Numbered from the stretch's first letter, positions 10,487 through 20,958 are shown. The stretch is DNA of 64,000 bases from Candidatus Bathyarchaeota archaeon (GCA_963733055.1 CAVTBR010000003.1:672001-736000), one strand, 5' to 3'. The notes: generated by a model from the letters alone, not told the origin. Made by a program: numbers and translations.

Positions 10487-11437
10487 TTGGAGGCACGGAT
10501 TGTTGTTCACGGTGGAGCCGGATTCTGGAGAAGAGACATTAAACTGGGTAGAGAGGGGGTGCAGAAGGCTGCGTCAGCTGGCTCGAAGGTTCTCGCCACC
10601 GGTGGGTGCGCGCTTGACGCGGTTGAAACCGCCGTCTCGGTAATGGAAGACGACCCCATCTTCAACGCTGGCAAGGGTTCTGCGCTGACCTACGTCGGTA
10701 CGGTGGAGATGGATGCAGCAATAATGGATGGACGGGATCTGTCGGCGGGCGCCGTCGCCTTGATCCGGAACACCAAGAATCCCGTACACCTTGCCCGAAT
10801 CGTGATGGAAAACACCGACCATGTACTATTAGCGGGGAAGACAGCAGAAAAGTTAGGTAGGGCGTATTGTCTGCCGACCGCTAACCCCATCACAGCTAAA
10901 CGTCGGAAAGCTTTCGCTGAGATGAAAAGGAATCCAATCAAGGGAAGATTGGAATGGCTGAAGCGAAGTCCTAGATTGATTCGTGAACATCCCGAAATTC
11001 TGGGTCACGATACAGTCGGGGCGGTGGCCGTCGACAGAGGTGGAAACTTCGCCTCAGCAGCGTCTACTGGAGGGATGGCGATGAAATTGCCTGGGAGAAT
11101 CGGTGATACACCATTGATAGGCGCTGGGTTGTACTCAGACAATCAAGCGGGAACGGCTACGGCAACTGGATGGGGAGAAATCGCAGTTAAGCTAGCCCTC
11201 TCAAGGACGACGTGTTTGATGATGGGGGAGGGACTATCCGCCACTAGGGCGGCTGAAGCCTGTGTTCGGATGGCCTCAACACGGTTGCACGGGCATGCAG
11301 GAGTCATCGCAATCGATCGAACCGGAAAGATGGCGGCCGTTCATAACACCGCTTACATGCCCTGGGCCTACTCTACTTCTACAATGAAACTACCAAAGGC
11401 AAGTGTCAGAGGGAAGATAGTATCCCGTTTGCGTTAG
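10487..11437 (+). CDS. iaaA: Isoaspartyl peptidase/L-asparaginase (Ntn hydrolase)
   Basis: IVVHGGAG, FNAGKGS, EMDAAIMDG, HDTVGAVA, STGG, GRIGDTP. Confidence 0.92.
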   Translation: MEARIVVHGGAGFWRRDIKLGREGVQKAASAGSKVLATGGCALDAVETAVSVMEDDPIFNAGKGSALTYVGTVEMDAAIMDGRDLSAGAVALIRNTKNPVHLARIVMENTDHVLLAGKTAEKLGRAYCLPTANPITAKRRKAFAEMKRNPIKGRLEWLKRSPRLIREHPEILGHDTVGAVAVDRGGNFASAASTGGMAMKLPGRIGDTPLIGAGLYSDNQAGTATATGWGEIAVKLALSRTTCLMMGEGLSATRAAEACVRMASTRLHGHAGVIAIDRTGKMAAVHNTAYMPWAYSTSTMKLPKASVRGKIVSRLR

Positions 11438-11503
11438 GCACCGGGCATGCGTCCCGCGACGTGTGGTAATGCGTTTTGCGCGCGTCGATTGACTTTCACG
11501 GCC

Positions 11504-11515
11504 AAAAGTTTAAAG
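11504..11515 (+). promoter_or_regulatory. BRE-TATA promoter for the microprotein/ABCE1 unit
   Basis: AAAAGTTTAAAG about 45 nt upstream of TTG 11561. Confidence 0.55.
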
Positions 11516-11560
11516 GAGCCTGCTTAACGGCTTACACGAACTCCATCACAGGTCCGACTC

Positions 11561-11653
11561 TTGAGTGAAGATAATTGGGACAGCGATGAAGACGACTGGA
11601 CCGACGATGAATGGGGAGAGGACGAAGGTTGGGGAGAAGAAGAGGAGTGGTAA
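11561..11653 (+). CDS. 30-aa acidic Trp-rich microprotein MSEDNWDSDEDDWTDDEWGEDEGWGEEEEW
   Basis: TTG start with AGGT SD-like sequence upstream, tandem TAATAA stop, strongly non-random composition; below the ORF-track cutoff. Confidence 0.7.
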   Translation: MSEDNWDSDEDDWTDDEWGEDEGWGEEEEW

Positions 11654-11732
11654 TAAGGCCCAGCCTCGACTTGCCTGATTTTGATTTAGGAACCTAACTA
11701 AACTGAACATTGATTCGAGAGATGAGGTAATC

Positions 11733-13511
11733 TTGTTACGCGTCGCTACACTGGACAAGGAACATTGCAAGCCAGATGACTGTGGCATACCGTGTTACCG
11801 TTTCTGCCCTGAGGTTCTGAATAGAAGATACGCTATCAAATTCATAGCAGGACAGAAGAAACCCATAATCGACGAGGACCTCTGCACCGGTTGCGGAATC
11901 TGCATCAAGAAATGCCCCTTCGACGCGATCAGCATAGTGAAGCTCCCGCAAGAGCTTGACGGGGAATGCATTCACAGTTATGGCGTAAACGAATTCAAAC
12001 TCTTCAGACTACCCGTCCCCAGCCCCGGCACACTCATCGGGCTCGTGGGAAGAAACGGCACGGGAAAGAGCACAGCCCTCCGAATATTGGGCGGAGAGAT
12101 GAAACCGAACTTCGGCACACCTGAAACCGCGACCGACTGGGATACCGTCCTAAAGAGATACCGAGGGACTCTGCTTCACGAATACTTCACCAACGTCTCC
12201 ACTGGCAGCATGAGGATCGTTCACAAACCGCAACACGTCGACAAACTCGGCGAGGTCATCAAAGGAAAGATTGGCGGGTTGTTGAATAAGGTCAATGAGC
12301 GCGGAAAGCTCGCGGAACTGATCGATGACCTCGAATTGAAACCGCTGCTCGAACAAGACGCGAAGGTGTTGAGCGGCGGTGAACTGCAAAGGGTTGCTAT
12401 CGCAGCGGCTATATCCAGAAACGCCGACGTCTACATCTTTGACGAACCATCAAGTTACCTAGACGTTTACCAACGAATTCGAGCAGCAAGGAGCATAAGG
12501 AAACTACTGGCAGAGAGAAAGACCGTACTCGTTGCCGAGCATGACTTGGCAATGCTCGACTACCTCTCGGACGAAGTCTACCTAGTTTACGGTCAGCCCG
12601 GATCATACGGCATCGTATCGCACGTTCACCCAACACGAAGCGGAATCAACGATTACCTCTCCGGATTCCTGCCCGACGAAAACATGAGGTTCAGAGATGA
12701 CCCAATCCGATTCCACGTTAGACCACCGAGGCAAATTGACTTCGAATCTCAAACCAGACTTGAATGGCCAAAGATCACGAAGAAGGTTGGGGAGTTTCAA
12801 CTCCAGGTTGACCCAGGCTACGTTGCGGGCGGCGAAATCATTGGAATACTTGGGCCCAATGGAATCGGAAAGACCACATTCATAAAAGAACTCCTCGCAT
12901 ACTACGAAAAATCAAGTCAAAATCAACTCCAAGTTAGTTACAAACCACAATACATCTCCTCAACCTACCAGGGGAACGTTCAGGAACTTCTCATGAGCGT
13001 TGTAGACGACTATTCATCCGCAATGTTCACCGACGAAGTGATCCGCCCCTTATCCATCACGAAGCTCCTCGACCGGAAGATAACCGAACTGAGCGGGGGA
13101 GAACTTCAACGGGTCGCGATTACTGCCTGCCTCGGAAAAACGGCTCAAGTCTACTTACTCGACGAACCAAGCGTGTTCCTAGATGTTGAGGAGAGGCTGA
13201 ACGTAGCTAAGGCGGTTAGGCATTTAGTTGACGCTCGACAAGCTTTCGCCTTTGTGGTTGAACACGACATTGTCACGCAAGATTTCCTTGCGGACCGTAT
13301 GATGGTTTTCAAGGGAACACCTAGCGTCGACGGCTACACTTCCAACCCGATGCCTTTGCGGGAAGCGATGAATGTCTTCCTTTCCGAAATGGGAATCACA
13401 TTTAGACGCGACCCCGACACGCAGCGTCCGCGAATAAACAAGTTGGATAGTAAGCTGGACAGGGAACAGAAGAGCTCTGGCGAATTCTACTACGTTGCCG
13501 CCAGCGAATGA
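11733..13511 (+). CDS. rli: Ribosome recycling ATPase ABCE1/RLI
   Basis: N-terminal 2x[4Fe-4S] Cys motifs (CKPDDC..C..CP; CTGCGICIKKCP), two ABC domains with LSGGELQR, ITFRRD..RPRINK. Confidence 0.97.
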   Translation: MLRVATLDKEHCKPDDCGIPCYRFCPEVLNRRYAIKFIAGQKKPIIDEDLCTGCGICIKKCPFDAISIVKLPQELDGECIHSYGVNEFKLFRLPVPSPGTLIGLVGRNGTGKSTALRILGGEMKPNFGTPETATDWDTVLKRYRGTLLHEYFTNVSTGSMRIVHKPQHVDKLGEVIKGKIGGLLNKVNERGKLAELIDDLELKPLLEQDAKVLSGGELQRVAIAAAISRNADVYIFDEPSSYLDVYQRIRAARSIRKLLAERKTVLVAEHDLAMLDYLSDEVYLVYGQPGSYGIVSHVHPTRSGINDYLSGFLPDENMRFRDDPIRFHVRPPRQIDFESQTRLEWPKITKKVGEFQLQVDPGYVAGGEIIGILGPNGIGKTTFIKELLAYYEKSSQNQLQVSYKPQYISSTYQGNVQELLMSVVDDYSSAMFTDEVIRPLSITKLLDRKITELSGGELQRVAITACLGKTAQVYLLDEPSVFLDVEERLNVAKAVRHLVDARQAFAFVVEHDIVTQDFLADRMMVFKGTPSVDGYTSNPMPLREAMNVFLSEMGITFRRDPDTQRPRINKLDSKLDREQKSSGEFYYVAASE

Positions 13512-13550
13512 TGTGCCACAGGTTTAACTAGCACGCCACAAACCTACCAC

Positions 13551-13781
13551 TTGGAGACCAAAATCCAAGTGACAACGAATTACTGTCTAGAATGTGGAGG
13601 AATATTGAGCTACGATAGCGCCCTGAAGCATTACACCTGCAAGAGCTGCGGACTCACTACAAGCGCACAACAACTCATGGAAGGCCGACTGAAACTGAGG
13701 GAGCGAGAATCTCCAGAGGAACAACGCAGGCGCAAACAGAATGACTACCTGAAATGGTGGCTCTCCAAGAAACCCGATTAA
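13551..13781 (+). CDS. Small Zn-ribbon protein
   Basis: CLECGG...CKSCG, C-terminal YLKWWL. Confidence 0.75.
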   Translation: METKIQVTTNYCLECGGILSYDSALKHYTCKSCGLTTSAQQLMEGRLKLRERESPEEQRRRKQNDYLKWWLSKKPD

Positions 13782-13884
13782 CCCCCACAATACTGAGAAC
13801 GTGCGACCGAACAAACCATCTAGTCATTTCTCCAAACACCATTTATCCATAGAGCTCTGAAATCAGTTCAGAGCTTGAGCCAGA

Positions 13885-14688
13885 TTGAGTTGCATCGTTG
13901 AGATACTGTCGATCGGCAACGAGTTGCTTCTCGGAAACACGATCAATACGAATGCGTCCTGGTTGTCGTCACAAATAACTTCTCTCGGAGGCGACGTAAA
14001 ACGAGTAACGACTGTCGGAGATAATTTGGGCGAAATTTCGCACGCGGTAAAGGAGTCTCTAGGACGTGCACCTGATTTCCTAATAACCACAGGAGGAATT
14101 GGCCCGACTTTTGACGATATGACTCTACTAGGCGTGGCTAAGGCGTTAGGGCGACGAGTTAAGTTGGATAAAGAAGCTGTTCGTCTAATCCGCGAGCATT
14201 ATGAACGAAGATTCAAAGAATCCATTGCGTTCACTAAACCGCGTTTGAAGATGGCGCGGATACCAACAGGTTCGACCCCGATACACAACCCAGTAGGAAC
14301 AGCCCCAGCAGTCTCTTTGAATCTCGGACGAACTGAGGTCTTCTGTCTCCCAGGCGTTCCCTCAGAAATGAAGGCGATATTCCAAGAATCAATATCAGAA
14401 GGAATACGCTCAAAGTCGGGCGGGAAGAATTTCCTTGAAAAATGGGTTAAGATCAGCGGCATCATGGAGTCCGCAGTAGCCCCAACTATAGATCGTGTAA
14501 TGAACCACTGGCCCGGGGTTTACATCAAGTCGCACCCTCGCGGCGTTGAGGCGAGTGGCCGAGCCCATATTGAACTACACTTCTCGATCTTCTCCCAGAA
14601 GAAAACTTTAGCCAAAGAGAGTGTGAACGGCGCGCTAAAGGAAATGAAGCGGGAACTGAGAGCTGTAGGAGCGAAGATAGACCCTTGA
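13885..14688 (+). CDS. CinA-like molybdopterin-binding (MocF) domain protein
   Basis: IGNELLLG.TINTNA, TTGGIGPTFDD, LPGVPSEM, YIKSHP. Confidence 0.9.
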   Translation: MSCIVEILSIGNELLLGNTINTNASWLSSQITSLGGDVKRVTTVGDNLGEISHAVKESLGRAPDFLITTGGIGPTFDDMTLLGVAKALGRRVKLDKEAVRLIREHYERRFKESIAFTKPRLKMARIPTGSTPIHNPVGTAPAVSLNLGRTEVFCLPGVPSEMKAIFQESISEGIRSKSGGKNFLEKWVKISGIMESAVAPTIDRVMNHWPGVYIKSHPRGVEASGRAHIELHFSIFSQKKTLAKESVNGALKEMKRELRAVGAKIDP

Positions 14689-14694
14689 GATTAA

Positions 14695-16545
14695 CTACTG
14701 CAGTTTGATGTACCGCTGAATCTGTTCCTCAATAACGCGGATGCTCCCCCGCCAGAAGTCTGGTTTGTGTATATCGATCCCGAATCTCCCGGCCAAATCC
14801 GCGGGTGTCGCCTCTCCGGTGCTTGCTAGTAAGGCCTCGTAGTCTTTCACAAACTCTCGCCCTCGTTCTCTGTAAATGGCGTAGAGACCAGTGCCGAAGA
14901 GTAAACCGAAGGCATACGGGTAGTTGTAGAATGAGAAGCTGGGAATGTAGTAGTGGACTTTCCAAGCCCACATGTATTTGTGAAGGAATTTTTCGTCTAA
15001 CCCGTCGGCGTAGGTAGCTTTCTGGCAGCTTAGCATGATTTCACAGAAATCGTCCGCCGAGAGTTCTGAGTTAACGCGTTTTTCGAATACTTCCTTCTCG
15101 AATAGGAAGCGTGAAGTTATGTCGACTATTACCTGGCTAGAACCAATCAGAGAGGTCTCCAGAATTGCTAACTCTTCCTCCGAATTCGCTGCTTGCGCTA
15201 GTGCTGCATTGGCTATGATTGTTTCATCCATGATCGAGGCGGTTTCCGCCAACGTCATCGGCGTGGTCCTCTGCAGCAACTGTTTCCCGGATAGGCATTC
15301 GTTGTGGAAAGCGTGCCCTAACTCATGAGCTACGGTGGAAACTTGGTCGAGAGAACCATCGAAATTGCAGAGAATACGCGACTCTTCAACGCCGGGTACG
15401 TCCATGCAAAATGCCCCGCCGCGTTTCCCGTTACGGGGTTCAGCGTCGATCCAATGATTGTCGAATGCTCTCTTTGCGAGCTTTTCTAACCGTTCGTCAA
15501 AGCTTCGGAACTGGGTGAGAATGAAACTGATCGCTTCCTGCCAAGTGTATCTTCTCTCATTCTTTCCAACTGGCGCGAATAGATCCCACCAAGGGAGCCT
15601 ATCGTGTCCAAGCCTCTTTGCTTTAGCGTTTAGATATCGCCGGAAGATGGGGAACGATTCTTGCATCACTGAAAGTAGAGTGTCTAGGGTCTCACGGTCG
15701 ATTCTTGAGGTATCGAGTGAATCATGGAGAGCATCTTTTCGACCTCGTCGATTGTCAACGGTGAGTGAACTTCCCTTTACCCCGTTTAGCGCGCTCGCTA
15801 AAGGTTCGCGGACGGTTTCCCATGCGGCGAGTTCGGTTTCGTAGGCTCGTCGTCGAACGTCTGCGTTGGGATGATGGTTTAGGTTTTGGAGGGCGGTTAT
15901 TGGCATTGTCTGGGTCTTTCCATCGAGCTCGAAATTAACGGTCAATTGGGAGCAGATTGTCCCTTGGAGTTTGCTCCAGGCGTTTGCTCCGCTCAGTTCA
16001 AGCTCGGATGCTAAGGCTTCCTCCGGTTCGCTCATGAGGTAACGGCTTTGTTCTGCTGTTTCGCGAAGGTAGAACGCGTGGTCCTTTGCCGTTCCTTGTG
16101 CATCAAGAATCGACGGCAAAATGTCTTTGATTGTACCGACCCAGCCCCTGAACCGCACTTCTTGCTTCTGCAGCCGAACTCCGACCATCTCGAGTTCTGA
16201 CTCGAGCCGCTTCGCCGTCGTATTGTAGGAGTCTGTAGTTACGAATGATGCTATGTAGGCGTTGATGGTCGAGTATAGGCGCAACGCTTTGTTGGTTCGT
16301 TCTAAGTAGCCGTCGATGAGCGGCTTCGCTTGAGTACCGGAGTGGCTGGGAGCGGTACCAGCCGTTCGAGATATCCGGTGGTGATCGAGATACTCATCTA
16401 GAGCGTCAACCTGAACGCCCAGATCCGCGATAGCCTTTCGAAGTGAATCGGTCTCAAGGCCGGCATAGACGTTGGAGAGATCCCATCTGGGCAATTGACC
16501 CGCGTCGACAGCAGTCAACTGGTTAACCTTCGTCCGCGTAGTCAT
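14695..16545 (-). CDS. pepF: M3B oligoendopeptidase F
   Basis: HELGHAFH zincin motif, GKRGGAFC, LAETAS, FYNYPYAFG; start ATG 16545. Confidence 0.93.
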   Translation of the reverse strand: MTTRTKVNQLTAVDAGQLPRWDLSNVYAGLETDSLRKAIADLGVQVDALDEYLDHHRISRTAGTAPSHSGTQAKPLIDGYLERTNKALRLYSTINAYIASFVTTDSYNTTAKRLESELEMVGVRLQKQEVRFRGWVGTIKDILPSILDAQGTAKDHAFYLRETAEQSRYLMSEPEEALASELELSGANAWSKLQGTICSQLTVNFELDGKTQTMPITALQNLNHHPNADVRRRAYETELAAWETVREPLASALNGVKGSSLTVDNRRGRKDALHDSLDTSRIDRETLDTLLSVMQESFPIFRRYLNAKAKRLGHDRLPWWDLFAPVGKNERRYTWQEAISFILTQFRSFDERLEKLAKRAFDNHWIDAEPRNGKRGGAFCMDVPGVEESRILCNFDGSLDQVSTVAHELGHAFHNECLSGKQLLQRTTPMTLAETASIMDETIIANAALAQAANSEEELAILETSLIGSSQVIVDITSRFLFEKEVFEKRVNSELSADDFCEIMLSCQKATYADGLDEKFLHKYMWAWKVHYYIPSFSFYNYPYAFGLLFGTGLYAIYRERGREFVKDYEALLASTGEATPADLAGRFGIDIHKPDFWRGSIRVIEEQIQRYIKLQ

Positions 16546-16629
16546 CCGTTTGGCTATTAAAGGGACAAGCCTGAACCTAGATGGAGCGGAGTTGAATGAT
16601 ACCACGTTAATTCCATGCTGGGCATATCC

Positions 16630-17400
16630 ATGACGTACACGATATTTCTCATTGGGATGGCAGGTTCGGGAAAGTCAGCGCTCGCCGCTGCATATTCACA
16701 ATGGCTTAGGGGCACGGATCAAGACATTCTCGTTGCGAACCTGGACCCGGGCGCTATCGCAGTACCCTACAATCCCGACATTGACGCTCGGCAATATGTG
16801 GACGTAGAGAAGTTGATGCTGGACTATCGGCTTGGGCCGAACGGTGCCCTCATCATGGCGTCTGACCTGCTTGCAGATCATTTGGAGGAGATTAGGTCAG
16901 AGATAGACGCAGCTAACCCGGACATTCTTCTTGTCGACACACCGGGCCAAATAGAATTGTTCGCGTTCAGAGAGGGAGGTCGGTTCATTGCAACGCAGCT
17001 GGCGGAAGGCGATCAGGCGGTGATTTATCTGATGGATGCACCTTTCACTAAATATCCTCTTAATTTCGCATCCAACATTTTCCTCTCAGCAGCTGTGTAC
17101 AGCCGGATTCAACAGCCTCAAATTCTAACATTATCCAAAGCCGATTTGATTTCTGAGGAGGATATCGATATGATAGTTTCTTGGGTAACTGAGCCCGACG
17201 CTTTCGATCGATCACTGCAGACGATTAAGGAAGAAAATTTCTCGTTAATTTCCAGGACCCTAGCCAACGCTATCTTTGAGAGCGGGCTACTATCGGAACC
17301 CGTACCGGTTTCAGCAAAAAACAACTCTGGATTCTTGGAGCTTAACGCCGCGGTGACTCGAATGCTGTCGGGCGGTGAAGAGACATTCACTCAGAAGTAG
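16630..17400 (+). CDS. GPN-loop GTPase
   Basis: GMAGSGKS, NLDPG, LGPNGAL, DTPGQIE. Confidence 0.93.
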   Translation: MTYTIFLIGMAGSGKSALAAAYSQWLRGTDQDILVANLDPGAIAVPYNPDIDARQYVDVEKLMLDYRLGPNGALIMASDLLADHLEEIRSEIDAANPDILLVDTPGQIELFAFREGGRFIATQLAEGDQAVIYLMDAPFTKYPLNFASNIFLSAAVYSRIQQPQILTLSKADLISEEDIDMIVSWVTEPDAFDRSLQTIKEENFSLISRTLANAIFESGLLSEPVPVSAKNNSGFLELNAAVTRMLSGGEETFTQK

Positions 17401-17468
17401 TGGGAAAACGGCCACGAACGGTAAATAGTACTGGATAAGGTGTCGGATCAAAGCTCGAAGGAAGAAAC

Positions 17469-18191
17469 TTGGCCCAAGGGACGGCAGACCGAATCATCAC
17501 TGGCGCTCGGAAGCAAAAGAGACAGGCGCTACTAGAGCCTGAGGCCAAAGAGATTTGCGTCGCCTATAACATTCCAACCCCGACGTTTCGAGTCGCCCAC
17601 ACCGCATCCGAGGCTGCATCGCTTGCAGAACAAGTGTCATTCCCTGTCGTACTGAAGATCGTATCCCCAGACATATTGCACAAGACTGAGGCGGGCGGGG
17701 TCATAATGAGCCTGAACTCGAAAGACCAAGTCAAAGCCGGTTATGAGCAGCTTCTCTCGAACGTGAGAGGATTCAAGGAGGATGCTCGGATCGAGGGCAT
17801 CCTAGTGCAGCATATGGCGCCTAGAGGCGTGGAAGTAATCGTAGGGGGTCTCAGGGACAACCAGTTCGGACCAACCGTACTGTTCGGCCTAGGCGGCATA
17901 TTCGTTGAGGTGTTGAAGGATGCCAGTTTCCGAGTGGCCCCGATGACCGATTTGGATACGCGGCAAATGATCAGAGAGATTCGTTCATACCCCATACTTC
18001 AAGGAGTCAGGGGGCAGCCCCCCGCCGACGAAGATGCAATAACGGGTATCCTTCAGGCCACTTCGAGGATGTTGCTTGAGAATTCAGAGATACAGCAGAT
18101 AGACCTCAATCCCGTCATGGTATACGGAAAGGGAGCCACGGTTGTTGATGCCAGAATTGTTCTAACCCAATCAGCAACTCCATCCAACTGA
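17469..18191 (+). CDS. acdB: ADP-forming acyl-CoA synthetase beta subunit (ATP-grasp)
   Basis: LLEPEAK, PVVLKIVSPDILHKTEAGGV, FGPTVLFGLGGIFVE, DLNP, VVDARI. Confidence 0.92.
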   Translation: MAQGTADRIITGARKQKRQALLEPEAKEICVAYNIPTPTFRVAHTASEAASLAEQVSFPVVLKIVSPDILHKTEAGGVIMSLNSKDQVKAGYEQLLSNVRGFKEDARIEGILVQHMAPRGVEVIVGGLRDNQFGPTVLFGLGGIFVEVLKDASFRVAPMTDLDTRQMIREIRSYPILQGVRGQPPADEDAITGILQATSRMLLENSEIQQIDLNPVMVYGKGATVVDARIVLTQSATPSN

Positions 18192-18347
18192 TTATATATG
18201 TGCGACAAAATCATTCCCACATCGTTCAGACAGCGGGTTAAATTGAAAGCCTCCAGCGCAAGAGCCATTCAGTCAGCGAATATTCCGGAGTATCACCTCA
18301 TTATCCATAACCCGAAGGTTCCATTTCGCTTAGTAGGGCGTCGCTGA

Positions 18348-19250
18348 ATGAGTACCGAAGTAATGCAGACATCTCTCGACAACCTTTACCGTGAACTCGA
18401 TGACCTAAGAACCAAGACCGCCGCCTCGAAAGCAGACATTGCAAACCTTCGAAGACGAATAGATGAGTCCGCAGACGAACGAGACGGGTTGAACGCGGAA
18501 GTCAAGAAGTTATCGGGCGAGGTAAAGAAGCTCAAGTCTCAACGCGATGCTTTGAATGGACACGTAAAGGAACTAAAGCTGAAACGTGATGAGCTGAGAA
18601 CTCAGGCTGGGGAGAAACGTGAAAGCCTGACGAAACTCTTGGATCAAACACATCTCATGTCTGAGCAAATCAAAGGCAGCGTCTCAGAACTGTACCGCCA
18701 GATCAACAGCCTCGAATGGTACATTCAAACGAATCCTCTGGCCCCGAAAACCGAGAGGAACATAATTGCCAAGATTAGCGTCTTGGAAAAGGATCTGGCG
18801 AAACATAAGGGACTCAGGAATGTCAAAGACAAATTGGTCCAGTTGCGAGTTGAAGTTGGGGCACTGAGAATCCAAGCCCAGGCAACACACGCGGAACTTA
18901 TGAAAATAGCTGAGGAAAGCGAGAAAGTTCACAAATCAATGTATGAACTAGCGAAGAAACTCATCGAGAAGAAGAAAGAAGCTGACTCGAAACACGCACG
19001 ATTCCTTGATCTGAATCAGGAACGCCGGGAGGCCGTAAGCAAACTACGGGATAATTTAGAACGCATCGACCAGCTCCGAACCAAGATAGGGGAAACGAAA
19101 GAGTCGCAGTCCCCGAGGTTGAAGGGAGAGAAAGTAAAGTCACAGTACAAAGAAGCTGCGACCGAGAAAATGCGAACCGGTGGAAAGTTGTCATTTGAAG
19201 AATTCCAAGCCTTAATGGGGGACTCGGGTTCAGATACCGACGAAGATTAG
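18348..19250 (+). CDS. Archaeal coiled-coil protein (COG1340-like)
   Basis: Heptad-rich; LEWYIQT..L.PKTE and GGKLSFEEFQAL. Confidence 0.8.
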   Translation: MSTEVMQTSLDNLYRELDDLRTKTAASKADIANLRRRIDESADERDGLNAEVKKLSGEVKKLKSQRDALNGHVKELKLKRDELRTQAGEKRESLTKLLDQTHLMSEQIKGSVSELYRQINSLEWYIQTNPLAPKTERNIIAKISVLEKDLAKHKGLRNVKDKLVQLRVEVGALRIQAQATHAELMKIAEESEKVHKSMYELAKKLIEKKKEADSKHARFLDLNQERREAVSKLRDNLERIDQLRTKIGETKESQSPRLKGEKVKSQYKEAATEKMRTGGKLSFEEFQALMGDSGSDTDED

Positions 19251-19268
19251 AAATTTCGTGCACGAACA

Positions 19269-20042
19269 TTGCCAAGAATAGCGATCATTGGCGGGAGCGG
19301 CCTAGAAGACCTGCTGCAAGGATCAAAGATAGTTCGCCTCGAAACACCATACGGCACACCGCCCCCAATCTCAGTTGGAGTAATCGGGCGAGAAGAGGTG
19401 GCCTTTCTTCCACGACATGGATCGAAACATGACCTCCCGCCTCACAAGATAAACTACAGAGCAAATCTCCATTCGCTTAAGCAAGTCGGCGTTGAAAGAA
19501 TCATAGCGACCAACGCCGTGGGCGCAATCAACGCCGCCTACAACCCTGGCGAATTGGTCATCCCATCTGACATTTTGGACATGACGAAGTCCCGAAGCGG
19601 CACCTATTTTGATGCCGCTCCAGTGACCCACATAGACGTAACGGAACCTTATTGCCCCGAACTAAGCCGCATATTGATCGACTGTTCTAAGGGAATCGAG
19701 GTTGCGACCTACGACAAAGCAATCCTAGCTGCAACTGAAGGCCCACGCTATGAGACACCAGCCGAAATTCGCATGCTCGAAAAACTCGGGGGAGATATCG
19801 TTGGCATGACGGGAGCTCCGGAGGTCTTCTTAGCAAGGGAGCTTGAGATATGCTACTCGACGCTTTGCTTCATTTCGAATAAGGCAGCCGGTCTCCAGGA
19901 GCGATTGTCCCATATCGAAGTCATCAATGTTGCCAAGCGGATGTTGCCGTCAATGGAACAAGTGATTCGCGCAGCGATTGAGAGAATTCCAACTCAGAGA
20001 TCATGCATGTGCGCAAAGGCCACGAGTCAGGGCCGTGTGTAA
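19269..20042 (+). CDS. mtnP: Methylthioadenosine/methylthioinosine phosphorylase
   Basis: IIGGSGL, ETPYG, RHG..H..PPH.INYRAN, EGPRYETPAE, VGMT..PE..LARE. Confidence 0.9.
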   Translation: MPRIAIIGGSGLEDLLQGSKIVRLETPYGTPPPISVGVIGREEVAFLPRHGSKHDLPPHKINYRANLHSLKQVGVERIIATNAVGAINAAYNPGELVIPSDILDMTKSRSGTYFDAAPVTHIDVTEPYCPELSRILIDCSKGIEVATYDKAILAATEGPRYETPAEIRMLEKLGGDIVGMTGAPEVFLARELEICYSTLCFISNKAAGLQERLSHIEVINVAKRMLPSMEQVIRAAIERIPTQRSCMCAKATSQGRV

Positions 20043-20045
20043 CCT

Positions 20046-20828
20046 ATGCTGCCGACCCTCCTCAAGGCCATTGGCGTGTACTCGTTCTATGAAAGATGGT
20101 TGGAAGACGAGGTAAGTTCAGATAAGATGCCCGAACACGTCGGGATAATACTTGATGGTAACAGACGATGGGGGTTCGAGAAGTACGGTGTGAAACTCAA
20201 TGGCCATCTGTACGGAGCACGTACGGGAGAAGATTTTCTCGAATGGTGCCTTGATCTCGGGATCAAAACCGTCACACTCTATGTTTTTTCAACAGAAAAC
20301 TTCACCAGGCCGAAGGAAGAGATCAGCACGATACTGAAGCTGATCGAAAACGAGACCCGCAAGCTCGTAATCGATAAGCGGATTCATGCGAACAAAGTGC
20401 ATGTGAAAGCGATAGGTCGGCTGGAATTACTCCCAGACACGTTGAAGGACGCTTTGGCTGAAGTTGAGAAGGTAACGGCTGACTACGATGAGCACTACTT
20501 GAACATCGCCGTGGCTTACGGGGGCAGGGCAGAGATCGTCGATGCCGCAAAACGGATAATTGACGAGGTCAAGAGCGGGGCATTAGATGAGGACCTTGTC
20601 GACGAGGACACTTTCAGAAAGTACCTTTACACCTCGTATCTACCGAACCCCTACCCTGAACTCATAATCCGAACCTCAGGCGAGGAGAGATTGAGCGGCT
20701 TCCTTCTCTGGCAGGCGGCCTACAGCGAGTTCGTCTTCCTAGACGTCTACTGGCCGGAATTTCGCAAAATCGACCTACTCAGAGCCGTAAGAACCTACCA
20801 ACGCCGAAAACGAAGGTTCGGCACGTAG
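20046..20828 (+). CDS. uppS: cis-prenyltransferase (polyprenyl diphosphate synthase)
   Basis: HVGIILDGNRRW, FSTENF.RP, YGGRAEI, IRTSGEERLSGFLLWQ, RRFG. Confidence 0.95.
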   Translation: MLPTLLKAIGVYSFYERWLEDEVSSDKMPEHVGIILDGNRRWGFEKYGVKLNGHLYGARTGEDFLEWCLDLGIKTVTLYVFSTENFTRPKEEISTILKLIENETRKLVIDKRIHANKVHVKAIGRLELLPDTLKDALAEVEKVTADYDEHYLNIAVAYGGRAEIVDAAKRIIDEVKSGALDEDLVDEDTFRKYLYTSYLPNPYPELIIRTSGEERLSGFLLWQAAYSEFVFLDVYWPEFRKIDLLRAVRTYQRRKRRFGT

Positions 20829-20958
20829 AAGCACGCTATTCCGGCTGGTGGGAAATACTGGAAGTTGGGGTTCTAGGTCGTGTTGTTTCGAGGGTTTCTG
20901 GCGTGGTTTGGGCCTGATCTGGGTTGTTTGGCGGATTTTTTGGGGGGAGGGGTTTTGG

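Noticed and set aside
20830-20958. G/T-rich low-complexity tract and its antisense 70-aa ORF
   Set aside because: No repeat unit or coding signal; noted only as the island boundary
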